Assembly: GCA_963775425.1 (NCBI GenBank)
Contig: CAVZJB010000016.1
Coordinates: forward strand, 1,024,001 to 1,088,000
Length of the DNA: 64,000 bases
Direction: 5' to 3'
Origin: an uncultured delta proteobacterium
Lineage (GTDB): Bacteria; Myxococcota; UBA727; VGSZ01
The position numbers and the translations under genes were made by a program. The notes beneath the pieces are model-generated. The model did not search any database, was not told the origin of the DNA, and saw only the letters and a program-made list of their open reading frames with translations. This document shows, piece by piece, positions 1 to 10,376 of this stretch (the first letter of the stretch is position 1; each line of letters starts with the position of its first letter).

Positions 1-266
1 CCGGCCAGCGCGTCGAGCTCGGCGGCGTCGACGACGTCGACGGGCACGCCGGCCCGGCGCGCGGGCGCCTCGAGCCCGCCGGCGGCGCCGCCGCGCTGCA
101 GCCACAGGCGCCTGGCGCGCGAAGGCTGGTGCTCGAGGACCGCGTGCACGGGGTGGCGGCCGACGACGTGGAGCTCGGGATCGAGCGGCCCCGATCCGGG
201 CCCACGCTCGCTGCGGCCGCGGTCGTCGCGGCCGCGGGGCCGGCTGTCCGGGCGGGGACGCCTCAC
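1..266 (-). CDS. rlmB: 23S rRNA 2'-O-methyltransferase (RlmB/TrmH family), N-terminal part; runs off the window edge
   Basis: Not in the ORF track. The GTG at 266 overlaps the pyrF stop (GTGA). It translates to ...LHVVGRHPVHAVLEHQPSRARRLWLQ...ARRAGVPVDVVDAAELDALA, which fits the RlmB N-terminal substrate-binding domain pattern. Confidence 0.7.
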   Translation of the reverse strand, partial: MRRPRPDSRPRGRDDRGRSERGPGSGPLDPELHVVGRHPVHAVLEHQPSRARRLWLQRGGAAGGLEAPARRAGVPVDVVDAAELDALA

Positions 267-1006
267 GCGGCGCCTTCGTCGCGGGCGCGCTCGATCTCCT
301 CGAGGATGCGCGCGGCGGCCTCGGCAGGATCGGGGGCGGCGCGGATGGGCCGGCCCACGACGACGCGGTCGGCCCCGGCGCGGACGGCCTCGGCAGCGGT
401 GGCGGTGCGCGCTTGATCGTCGCGGGTGCCGTCGTCCTTGGGCCGGATGCCGGGGCACACGATGGCCATGTCCGGGCCGACAATCGCGCGCACGGCGGCG
501 GCCTCGTCGGGGGAGCACACGATCCCGTACAGGCCGGCGTCGCGCGCGAGGCCGGCGAGGCGGGCGACGACGGTGTCGGGGCCGTCCGCGAAGCCGACGG
601 CGGCGAGGTCCTTGCCGGACAGGGACGTCAGCGCCGTCACCGCGAGCAGGCGCGTGCCGTGGCCGCCGGGGACCATCGTCTGCCCCGACAGCGCCTCCTG
701 CGCCGCGCGCAACATCGCCGGCCCGCCGGACGCGTGCACGGTGAGGAGGCCGACCTCGTGGCGGGCGGCGGCGCGCACGGCGCCGGCGACGGTGTTGGGG
801 ATGTCGTGGAGCTTGAGATCGAGGAAGACCTCGGCCTCCTCCTTGCGCAGCGCCTTCAGCACCGCCGGGCCCGCCGCCGTGTAGAGCTCGAGGCCGACCT
901 TGTACGTGCCGACGACGCCACGGGTACGGCGCACGAGGTCGAGGGCGCTCTCGAGGTCCGGGGTGTCGAGGGCGAGGATGAGCCTTTGCTGGATGGGGAT
1001 GTCCAC
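263..1006 (-). CDS. pyrF: Orotidine-5'-phosphate decarboxylase
   Basis: LILALD, KVGLELY, FLDLKLHDIPNTV (DxKxxD), TVHASGG, PGIRP and VVGRPI motifs. Confidence 0.97.
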   Translation of the reverse strand: MDIPIQQRLILALDTPDLESALDLVRRTRGVVGTYKVGLELYTAAGPAVLKALRKEEAEVFLDLKLHDIPNTVAGAVRAAARHEVGLLTVHASGGPAMLRAAQEALSGQTMVPGGHGTRLLAVTALTSLSGKDLAAVGFADGPDTVVARLAGLARDAGLYGIVCSPDEAAAVRAIVGPDMAIVCPGIRPKDDGTRDDQARTATAAEAVRAGADRVVVGRPIRAAPDPAEAAARILEEIERARDEGAA

Positions 1007-1141
1007 GCGGCCGCAATAGCCGAGGCGCCACGCCCGGCAAAGGCTGGACTCTGCGGCGCGACGACATTGTCGACGGCACGACGCGTGTCGCTGACGACGA
1101 CGTCTTGCCCCGCCGCGACTGTCTACGCAGCGCGGTCGGCG

Positions 1142-1678
1142 TCAGCCTTTCCGCTTCTTGTCGAGGTCGGCGAGCAGGGCCTTCAGCTCGGCGTTTTGCG
1201 GCTCGAACATGATGGCCGTCTGGATGTTTTTGTACGCCTTGTCCCACTGGGACTTCTTCATATCCAAAAGCGCGGTCTGGTAGAGCTGCTCACCCTTGGG
1301 GGTCTTGGCGACCTTGACGGCCTTCTTCGCCTGTTCCTTCTGCTCCGCCTCCGACTCTTCGTTGAAGCGGAGCTTCCTCATGCGGTCCGGGCCGTTGATG
1401 TCGGCGACGTACTTGATGCGCTTTCGCTCGTCTTTCAGGATTGTGTAGGACTCGACAACACGCTTGTAGATCTTATGCACTGCCGCCTTGGTCTCTTCCT
1501 CGGTGATATGGAAGAACTTATCGGGGTGCAGCGCGCGGGCGAGCGCGTAGTAGCTCTGCCGGATCTGCTGCCCCGACGCGCCGGACGTGAGGTTCAGGAT
1601 CTGGAAGTAGTCCAGCCCGTCGATGTTCCCCGCGAGCTGCTTGAGCGAAGGCCAATACTGCGGATCGGTGTAGTCCAT
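1142..1678 (-). CDS. J-domain (DnaJ-type) co-chaperone with C-terminal TPR-like helices
   Basis: LDYFQILNL...IRQSYYALARALHPDKF contains the HPD motif. It lies 3 bp downstream of the Hsp70 gene. Confidence 0.85.
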   Translation of the reverse strand: MDYTDPQYWPSLKQLAGNIDGLDYFQILNLTSGASGQQIRQSYYALARALHPDKFFHITEEETKAAVHKIYKRVVESYTILKDERKRIKYVADINGPDRMRKLRFNEESEAEQKEQAKKAVKVAKTPKGEQLYQTALLDMKKSQWDKAYKNIQTAIMFEPQNAELKALLADLDKKRKG

Positions 1679-1681
1679 CCC

Positions 1682-3274
1682 TCACCCGCCCTCGTGCAGG
1701 GCTCCGCGCGCGAGATCCATCTCGGCGTTTCTCTCTGCGGCCGCGACGATGTCGTCCTCGCTCATGCCGCCCGACAACGTAATGGTGGTGGAGGCCTTCT
1801 GGCCGGTCTCCACGTCGCGCGCGGACACGTTGACGATGCCGTCGGTGTCGATCTCGAAGGTGACCTCGATCTTCACCTGCCCGCGCGGCGCCGGCCGCAG
1901 CCCGCCGAACTCGAACTCGCCGAGGAGCTGGCACTCCTCCTCTTTGCGGCCCTCGCCCTGGAAGATGCGGATCTTCACCTTCTCCTGGTTGTCGCGCGCG
2001 GTGACGAACGTCCGCGTGCGATCGATGGGGATGGACGTGTTCTTCTCGATGATCGCGTCGGTGAAGCCGCCCACGGTGCCGAGCCGCAGCGTCTGCGGCG
2101 TGACGTCGAGGAGGAACGTGTTGGTGTTCTGGTCGAGGAGCGCGTCCGCCTGGATGGCCGCGCCGAGCGCCACCACCAGGTCGGGGTCGACGTCGATGTT
2201 GGGCTCGCGCTGGAAGTAGTGGCGCACCGAGTTCCGGATGATGGGCAGCCGCGTGGGGCCGCCGACCAGGATGACGCCGTCGATCTCGTTGGCGGTGATG
2301 CGCGCGCTCTGGAGCGCCTCGTCGCACACCTTGAAGGTGCGCTGCACGAGGTCCATCACCATCTGGTTGAACTGCGAGCGGGTGAGCAGCAGGTCGAGGT
2401 CGTGGCTCTGCCCGCGCTTGTCCGTGACGAGCTGCGGGACGTGGAGCTGGACCTTGTCGTGCTCCGACAGGTCGATCTTGGCCTTCTCCGCCGCCTCCTT
2501 GATCTTGGAGAGCGCCTGGCGGTCGTTGCGCGGATCGAGCCCCGTCTGCTCGTAGAACTGCTGCGTCATCCACTGCATGATGCGCTCGTCGAAGTCGTCG
2601 CCGCCGAGGTACGTGTCGCCGTTGGTGGCGAGCACCTCGAAGACGTCCTCGCCGATCTGCAGGATGGAGACGTCGAACGTGCCGCCGCCGAGGTCGTAGA
2701 CCACGACCCGTTGGTTGATGTTCTGGCCGAAGCCGTAGGCGAGCGCCGCGGCCGTGGGCTCGTTCAGGATGCGCAGAACCTCGAGCCCGGCGATGCGCCC
2801 GGCGTTCTTGGTCTCCTGGCGCTGGTTGTCGTTGAAGAACGCCGGCACCGTGATGACGGCCTGGGTCACCGCGTGGCCGACGTGGGCCTCCACGATGGCG
2901 CGCATCTCCTTCAAGATCATGCCGGCGACCTCCGGCAGCGAGTAGACCTTGTCGTGCGTCTTGACCCGCACGGAGTTGTTGGGCCCCTCGACAATCTCGT
3001 AGCTGCACACCGTCTGCGCCTTCTTCACCTCTTCGGAGAAGAAGTAGCGGCCGATGAGCCTCTTGGAAGAGTAGATGGTGGCCCGCGGGTTGGTGATGAT
3101 GTGCTTCTTGGCGTCGTTGCCGACCACGACGGCGCCGTCATCGAGGAAGGTCACGACGGAGGCGTGTGTGCGCTCGCCCCACTCGTTGGCGATCACCTTC
3201 GGCACGCCGTCCTCGACGATGGCGACGCAGCTGTTGCTGGTGCCGAGGTCGATGCCCATGGCGATCTGCTTCAT
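1682..3274 (-). CDS. Hsp70/DnaK-family protein (paralog with truncated lid)
   Basis: GIDLGTSNS, TVPAFFND, NEPTAAALAYG, DLGGGTFDVS, GGDDFD and LLDVTP motifs. Start placed at MKQIAMG (ATG 3274). Confidence 0.95.
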   Translation of the reverse strand: MKQIAMGIDLGTSNSCVAIVEDGVPKVIANEWGERTHASVVTFLDDGAVVVGNDAKKHIITNPRATIYSSKRLIGRYFFSEEVKKAQTVCSYEIVEGPNNSVRVKTHDKVYSLPEVAGMILKEMRAIVEAHVGHAVTQAVITVPAFFNDNQRQETKNAGRIAGLEVLRILNEPTAAALAYGFGQNINQRVVVYDLGGGTFDVSILQIGEDVFEVLATNGDTYLGGDDFDERIMQWMTQQFYEQTGLDPRNDRQALSKIKEAAEKAKIDLSEHDKVQLHVPQLVTDKRGQSHDLDLLLTRSQFNQMVMDLVQRTFKVCDEALQSARITANEIDGVILVGGPTRLPIIRNSVRHYFQREPNIDVDPDLVVALGAAIQADALLDQNTNTFLLDVTPQTLRLGTVGGFTDAIIEKNTSIPIDRTRTFVTARDNQEKVKIRIFQGEGRKEEECQLLGEFEFGGLRPAPRGQVKIEVTFEIDTDGIVNVSARDVETGQKASTTITLSGGMSEDDIVAAAERNAEMDLARGALHEGG

Positions 3275-3404
3275 CCGGTCTCCCGCTCCTCTGTGCTGGG
3301 AGCATCCGTGAAGGCGCACCGCGTCGTCAATCCTCACGTCCCTGGTTCGAGCGGCGATCTGGAAACGGGCAGACCACCTCGTTCCTTGCTACGTTGAAGG
3401 CATC

Positions 3405-4244
3405 ATGGTTGGAACGCGAGCCGTCGGGATGGTGGTCAACGATCCGCAGCGGGCCCAGCTCGCGCTTCACGAGATCGCCCCGCTCGTGTCCCTGCCGGTC
3501 GGCGCGGACGCCATCGGCATCGCGTCCCTCGTCGACGGCGCTGCGCTCCTGTCGCGCCTGCCCGCCATCCCCGCCGGCGCCGGCCTCGCCGCCGCCGTGG
3601 GCCCCATCAAGGGGCGATGTGCGGTGGTGCAGGTGCGGGTGCGAGACGAGCTGCGGCCCCACGGGCCCGACGGCACCGCCAACCTCGGCCCGTTTCGCGC
3701 GCGCAGCTTCGCCGCCGCCATCGTCGGCGGCCCGCAGGACGCCGACGCAGCCTCGAGCAGCCGGGAGCGGCTGCTCGACACCGTGCCCGACTTCCTGCGC
3801 CGCTTCGTCAGCGGGCAGAGCGAGGCGGAGGCCTTCTTCCTCGCCTTGCTCGCGCGGCTGCACCACAAGGGCGCGCTCGACGGCCGCGACCCGGCCGCGC
3901 TCTGCGACGCCACCCGCGAGGTCGTCGCCGAGAGCGGCCCGGAGCCCCGCCACGTGCTGCTCACCAACGGCTCGGAGATGGTGCACGTCGCCGCCGGCAT
4001 GCCGTCGGCGATCCTCACGCTCAACGGGCTGTCGGAGCGCGTGGCGACGAGCATCGACGCCACGCTGACCGACTCGTCCATGGGCCGCGAGCGCCTCCGC
4101 CGCTTCCACGGCGTGCTCTGCCTCGGCGCCCTCGACACCACGCTCAAGGCGAACGCCCCGGTGCCGGCCGGCTCGGCCTTGCAGGTGCTCCCCGAAGGCG
4201 CCGCCGCCCTCGTCACCCGCGAGCTCAACGTCCGCATCCTGTAG
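3405..4244 (+). CDS. Class II glutamine amidotransferase-like protein (YafJ/EgtC-type fold), probably lacking the catalytic Cys
   Basis: NLGPFR, PDFLRRFVSGQSEAEAFF and LLTNGSE resemble the GATase-II NxHPF, GxTDSE and SDG segments. There is no N-terminal Cys. Confidence 0.65.
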   Translation: MVGTRAVGMVVNDPQRAQLALHEIAPLVSLPVGADAIGIASLVDGAALLSRLPAIPAGAGLAAAVGPIKGRCAVVQVRVRDELRPHGPDGTANLGPFRARSFAAAIVGGPQDADAASSSRERLLDTVPDFLRRFVSGQSEAEAFFLALLARLHHKGALDGRDPAALCDATREVVAESGPEPRHVLLTNGSEMVHVAAGMPSAILTLNGLSERVATSIDATLTDSSMGRERLRRFHGVLCLGALDTTLKANAPVPAGSALQVLPEGAAALVTRELNVRIL

Positions 4245-4258
4245 TCGCGCGCGGCCAT

Positions 4259-4289
4259 GCGTGGGTTGCTGGGCCCGCGTGGGTTGCTG
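4259..4289. repeat. 13-bp perfect direct repeat GCGTGGGTTGCTG x2, possible regulator-binding site
   Basis: Copies at 4259-4271 and 4277-4289, directly upstream of the response-regulator start. Confidence 0.55.
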
Positions 4290-4319
4290 CGCAAAGGGCT
4301 CCGGACTACACGGCGCCGC

Positions 4320-5789
4320 ATGGGGCTGCCCCGCGTCCTCGTCGTCGACGACTCGCCCACCATCCGGCGCGTGGTGTCGAACGTGCTGCGCCAGGCAGGC
4401 TACGACGTGAGCACGGCCGAAAACGGCGACACGGGCCTCGAGGAGGCCCAGGCCACGCGGCCCGACCTCATCCTGCTCGACTTCATGATGCCGGGCATGA
4501 ACGGCTATCAGTTCGTCAAGCAGCTCGACGTCCTCGATGAAGGGCGCGCCCCCGTGGTGCTGATGTGCACGCGCACCGACCAGGTGCCCGAGGGCGCGCT
4601 CAAGGGGCTCGGCGTCGTCGACAGCATCACCAAGCCATTTTCGCCGGAGGCCATCCTCGCGGTGGTGCAGTACTGCCTCGACAAGCACGGCCGCGCGCCG
4701 CGCCAGGAGACCACGCGGGTCACCAAGCTCGCCGAGCAGAGCGCGGTCGCCGACTTCGACGAGGAGGCCACCACCCCGGGCGTCGCGCGCGCCGCCGACG
4801 GCTCGAACGACGGCGACCGCGCGCGCGCCGACCAGGCCCTGCGCGACATCGCGCGCCTGGTCGCCGACGCCCTCTTCGCCCGCGGCGTCTCCGACGCCGA
4901 CGCCGTCGCCACCGCCATCTGCGCCGACCTGCGCGCGGGCCTGCCCTCCACCAGGCTCGCCGACGTGCTGCGCGGCCCGCAGCCGAGCCTCACCGGCGAC
5001 CTCGCGGCCGTTCCCCTGCCCGAGGTGCTCCAGCTCCTGAAGTTCCAGGGGCAGACCGGCGTCCTCGAGGTGGCGCTCGACGGGCCCACGCCGGCGGGGC
5101 CGCCGGCGCGCTTCGAGGTGGCGGTGAAGGCCGGCGTCGTCGTCGCCGTGCGGGCGCGGGACGCGCGCGCCGACTTGCTGCTCGGCAACTACTTCGTCGG
5201 GGCGGCCCTGGTTTCGCGGGCGCAGCTCGACGCCGTGCTCTCGAAGTCCTCGAGCGAGCCCATCGGCATGCGCCTCGTGTCCGCCGGGCTCCTCACCACG
5301 GAGCAACTGCGGCGCTGCGTCGGCGCGCAGGCGCAGGACCTGATGGTCGAGCTGCTCCGCGCGCGCCGCGGGTTCTTCGGGCTGCGGCGCGGCGAGGACC
5401 TCCTGCCGTCCACGCACATCACGCCGGGCTTCTCCGTCGACATGCTGCTGTTCGAGGGCCTGCGCCGCATCGACGAGTGGGGCGTGATCGAAAAGCAGGT
5501 GCCGTCCTTCGACGCCAGGTTCGTGCTCGCCTCCGACGACATCCACGATCTCTCCCCCGACGAGATCGACGTGCTCTCCGTATTCAAGGACGGTGAGACG
5601 CTCGCCATCAAGGAGCTGTTGCGCATCTCGTCGCTGCGCGCGTTCGAGGCCTGCAAGGTCGTGTACCGGCTCTGCGTGCTGCGCCGCCTGCGCCGCGTCG
5701 ACGACGGCGACTCCGAGAACCTGGTGAGCGACAGCGTGGAGGGCGAGCCGGTGGCCGACGCGCCCTCCCCCGAAGGACCGGGCTCGTGA
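4320..5789 (+). CDS. Response regulator (REC) with DUF4388/PATAN-like domain
   Basis: Receiver domain: VLVVDDS, PDLILLDFMMP, ITKPFS. DUF4388 signature: LTGDLAAVPLPEVLQLL...TGVLEV...LLFEGLRRIDEW. Confidence 0.88.
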   Translation: MGLPRVLVVDDSPTIRRVVSNVLRQAGYDVSTAENGDTGLEEAQATRPDLILLDFMMPGMNGYQFVKQLDVLDEGRAPVVLMCTRTDQVPEGALKGLGVVDSITKPFSPEAILAVVQYCLDKHGRAPRQETTRVTKLAEQSAVADFDEEATTPGVARAADGSNDGDRARADQALRDIARLVADALFARGVSDADAVATAICADLRAGLPSTRLADVLRGPQPSLTGDLAAVPLPEVLQLLKFQGQTGVLEVALDGPTPAGPPARFEVAVKAGVVVAVRARDARADLLLGNYFVGAALVSRAQLDAVLSKSSSEPIGMRLVSAGLLTTEQLRRCVGAQAQDLMVELLRARRGFFGLRRGEDLLPSTHITPGFSVDMLLFEGLRRIDEWGVIEKQVPSFDARFVLASDDIHDLSPDEIDVLSVFKDGETLAIKELLRISSLRAFEACKVVYRLCVLRRLRRVDDGDSENLVSDSVEGEPVADAPSPEGPGS

Positions 5790-7366
5790 CCGCGCGCGGC
5801 GCGCACCGGACGCGCGCGGGCTTCGCGCTCGGCGGCGGCGTCGCGCTCGGCGTGGTGCTCGCGGCGTTCGCGCCGGCCGCGCTGGTGGCGGCGCTCCTGT
5901 GGCCGCGCTCCCCCGCTGCATCGGCGACGTCGACGACGACGACGACGTCGTCGTCGGGGGCGAGCACGCCGGCCGCCCCGCGGATCGAGCCGCCGCGCGT
6001 GGACTTCGCCGCCATCAAGCAGGCGGCGCAGGCGCCGGCGACCCAGGCGCTCATCTACGACCGCGCGCGCGTGGACGCCGAGCGGCTGCTCCTCAAGAAG
6101 ATCGCGCGCGCGCGCGACGCCCGCCGCGCCGCCGGCGGCACGCTGCAGGACCTCAGGAAGCCCTTCTCCGTCGACGACCTCGGCGGCGCGCCGGCCATGG
6201 CGGAGCTCGGCGTGGCCGCGGGCAAGCGCCTGCTCGTGAGCCGCCCCGACGGCAAGCTCGTGGCGCCCACGGGCGCGTCCCTGCCCGCCGGCGTGGAGCT
6301 CTCGTCCAAGGAGCGCGACGAAGACACGATCGAGGCGGACGCCACGCTCGACGGAAAGCCCGTGCGCGTCCTGCGCCGCTGCGTCGCCGGCGAGCACCTG
6401 TGCCTGGTCGACATCGAGGCCCACGACGACGGTGGCCCCGCGGCCCGCGCGCGCTTCGACGCCGTCGTCGACGCGGAGCAAAGCAAGCTCGAGGCCTGGA
6501 CGCCGCCCGCGCCGCCCGCGCCGCCCGCGCTCCCGGCCGCGCCGCCGCTGCCGCTGTCGCCCGCGGCCGCCGTCGCCGCCGGCGCGGCTTTGGCGTTGCT
6601 CCTCGCCGCCGCGCTCGCGTTCCGGTTGCGCGCCGTCGGCGGCGCGGTGCTCGCGGCGGCGGCCCGGCTGCGCGCGGTGTCGGCCGGGAGCCCGCGCGAG
6701 GCGCCCGCCGCGACGCTGCCCGAAGAGATCGCCGCGCTCGAGCGCGCCGTCGACGAGGCGGCGGCCGCGCTGGGCGACGCCGGGGCGCGCGCGGCGCTCG
6801 ACAAGCGGCGGGCGGCGCGCGCGGAGGCGGTGGCCGCCGGGCTCACCGAGGCGCGCACACGGCTCGACGCCCGCGTCGCCGCCGACGACGCCGACGACGC
6901 CGCCCTCGCCGCCCTCGTGACGGCGGCGAACGCGCTGGTGGAGTCTTTCGAGGCGCGCGTGGTGCGCTGGCAGAGCCACGCCGGCGTCATCGCGGCGCCG
7001 CCCGCGATCAGCGACGTCGAGACGCGTGCGCAGGCGCTGGTCCCGCTGCCCGGGTTGATGCTCGAGGCGGCGCAGCGGCTGCTGCGGGTGGCGCGCGCGC
7101 CGGGCGTCCCCCCAAAGATCGTCGAGGAGCTCGCGTCGGTCGGGCGGGCGTTGGCGGAGCGCGGCAAGAACGCGCAGACGCTCGTCGATCAGTTGCTCCT
7201 CGACGCCGCCACCGATCGCAAGGGCGAGCGCCCGGTGGGCGCGCTCGAGGCGCTCCGCGCGGAGCTGTCCGCCCTCGCCCCTGCCCCGGCGGCGCCCACG
7301 GCCGTCGCCGCGCTGCAAGACCTGCCGCCCGCCGAGATCGCCAAGCGCTTCGAGGAGCGCCCATGA
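5786..7366 (+). CDS. Hypothetical two-TM membrane protein with HAMP-like segments
   Basis: GTGA overlap with the upstream gene. Two hydrophobic segments flank a soluble region, followed by EEIAALERAVDE and DDAALAALVTAANAL helices. Confidence 0.6.
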   Translation: MTARGAHRTRAGFALGGGVALGVVLAAFAPAALVAALLWPRSPAASATSTTTTTSSSGASTPAAPRIEPPRVDFAAIKQAAQAPATQALIYDRARVDAERLLLKKIARARDARRAAGGTLQDLRKPFSVDDLGGAPAMAELGVAAGKRLLVSRPDGKLVAPTGASLPAGVELSSKERDEDTIEADATLDGKPVRVLRRCVAGEHLCLVDIEAHDDGGPAARARFDAVVDAEQSKLEAWTPPAPPAPPALPAAPPLPLSPAAAVAAGAALALLLAAALAFRLRAVGGAVLAAAARLRAVSAGSPREAPAATLPEEIAALERAVDEAAAALGDAGARAALDKRRAARAEAVAAGLTEARTRLDARVAADDADDAALAALVTAANALVESFEARVVRWQSHAGVIAAPPAISDVETRAQALVPLPGLMLEAAQRLLRVARAPGVPPKIVEELASVGRALAERGKNAQTLVDQLLLDAATDRKGERPVGALEALRAELSALAPAPAAPTAVAALQDLPPAEIAKRFEERP

Positions 7367-7472
7367 GGCGTGAATCCGCGGTGGGGGCGCGCCCCTGCGT
7401 CACGCGCTCCCTGGTGACGGCCCTCACGTGAATCGCTAGCCCTGCCGGACGTCGATCCGCTGGAGTCCCCTG

Positions 7473-8267
7473 ATGTTCATCCCCGTCTCGCCCCTGGTCG
7501 CCCTCACGCTCCAGCTCTTTGTGCCCGCCGACGCAGCCGCCCTCGCGGCCGACGGCGTGACAGCCGCCGAGCCGGCGCCGCCCGCGCCCGCGGCGTCGCC
7601 GGCGCCCGCCGCGCCCGCGGCGGCGCCCGCGCCGAAGAAGATGGACGCCAAGCTCCAGGCGGTCGTCGACGCCATCCAGAAGACCTACGACAACACCACC
7701 GACTTCAGCGGCAGCTTCACGCAGAAGTACACCTACACGCTCCTGCGGCGCACGCAGGAGTCGAGCGGCACCGTGAAGTTCAAGAAGCCGGGCCTGATGC
7801 GTTGGGACTACGAAAAGCCCACGCCCAAGGCCTTCGTCGTCGACGGCAAGTCACTGTGGGTGCACCAGCCCGAGGACCACAACGCGTTCGTGAACGCGTG
7901 CTTTCAGCAGGACGGCCTCACGGCGTCGGTGGCGTTCCTCTGGGGCCAGGGCAAGATCGCCGAGCAGTTCGACGTCGCCTGGTTCGACGGCGTCTTCGGC
8001 AAGAAGACCGACTACCACCTCGAGCTCACGCCCAAGCAGCCGAACGCGGTGTTTTCGAAGCTCATCCTCGTCGTGGACCCGAAGACGTCGCGCGTCAAGC
8101 AGTCCGTCGTCGTCGACCCGTCGGGCAACGTCAACCAGTTCATCTACGACCACCTCGCGTTCAACAAGAAGATGGGCGACGACGCCTTCGCCTTCACCCC
8201 GCCGGCGGGCACCCACGTCTCGCGGCTGCCCGGCTCCTGCGACAAGCCGGTGCCCGGCTTGAAGTGA
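7473..8267 (+). CDS. lolA: Outer-membrane lipoprotein carrier protein LolA
   Basis: Signal peptide followed by FSGSFTQ, SGTVKFKKPGLMRWDYEKP, VVDGKSLWVH and FAFTPPAG. Confidence 0.92.
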   Translation: MFIPVSPLVALTLQLFVPADAAALAADGVTAAEPAPPAPAASPAPAAPAAAPAPKKMDAKLQAVVDAIQKTYDNTTDFSGSFTQKYTYTLLRRTQESSGTVKFKKPGLMRWDYEKPTPKAFVVDGKSLWVHQPEDHNAFVNACFQQDGLTASVAFLWGQGKIAEQFDVAWFDGVFGKKTDYHLELTPKQPNAVFSKLILVVDPKTSRVKQSVVVDPSGNVNQFIYDHLAFNKKMGDDAFAFTPPAGTHVSRLPGSCDKPVPGLK

Positions 8268-8313
8268 CCCGCGCCCCGGGCGGCGCGCGCGCGATGCGTG
8301 GCACCATCGAGGC

Positions 8314-9009
8314 GTGCGGATCGTCTCCCGCTTCAAGGACTACTACGACGCCCTGCGATCCATGGATCGCGAGCCGGAGCCGCTGTACGTCCGCCAGACC
8401 GCGGAGATCGCGCTCGGCGGCGCGCGTCCCACCGCCGAGCAGGTGCGCGCGCGACAAGCGGTGCGCCCGCTGTGGACCACGGCGACCATCCCGCACCACC
8501 CGCCCGTCGGCGGGCGCGGCGTCGTCGGCTTCTGCGGCCGGCTGTATCCGTTCCTGCGCTTCGGCGGCCGCACGTTCCACACGTTTCGCGGCTTCTACGA
8601 CGCCGTGCGCAACAGCGATCTGCCCGAGCGCGCGTCGCTGCTCGCACGGCTCGACGGGCGCAGCCGCTACGAGCTCACCCGGCGCGAGTGGGAGGCGTTC
8701 GAGGCCTCGCGCGCGCGCACCGTCGAGGACGGGCCGTTTCGCTTCTTCAACGCGCCGGTGATCGTGATGACCGACGATCACATCGTCGTGAACCCGCGCC
8801 TGCGCGACTACGAGCTCGCGCGCGTCGTGGACCCGTACACGGCCTGGCAGGACATCTCGGTGTTCCTCGGCAACAACCTCGTGAACAGCGCGGGCCCACC
8901 GCGCCCCGTGTCGGACGAGCTCAGGGCGGAGGCCCACGGCTTCGACCGGAAGCTCTCCTTCCGGAAGGCGAAGGGCGGCCGGCAGAAGGTCGACCGCGGC
9001 GACTGGTGA
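8314..9009 (+). CDS. Hypothetical protein
   Basis: Typical coding codon usage. Conserved-looking motifs MRIVSRFKDYYD, VGFCGRLYP, DPYTAWQDISVFLG and HGFDRKLSFRK. Confidence 0.75.
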   Translation: MRIVSRFKDYYDALRSMDREPEPLYVRQTAEIALGGARPTAEQVRARQAVRPLWTTATIPHHPPVGGRGVVGFCGRLYPFLRFGGRTFHTFRGFYDAVRNSDLPERASLLARLDGRSRYELTRREWEAFEASRARTVEDGPFRFFNAPVIVMTDDHIVVNPRLRDYELARVVDPYTAWQDISVFLGNNLVNSAGPPRPVSDELRAEAHGFDRKLSFRKAKGGRQKVDRGDW

Positions 9010-9065
9010 GCGCGCGGACGGCGACCGGCGTTGGCATGCGCCGCCATTGCGGCTAACCGGCGCGC

Positions 9066-10372
<1,307 letters not shown>

Positions 10373-10376
<4 letters not shown>

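Noticed and set aside
413-3397. Very long antisense or alternate-frame ORFs (e.g. 413-3397, 29130-32102, 45874-49749, 40460-43024)
   Set aside because: They are shadow ORFs of real genes, expected at this GC content. Their products are Arg/Ala/Gly-rich with no motifs.
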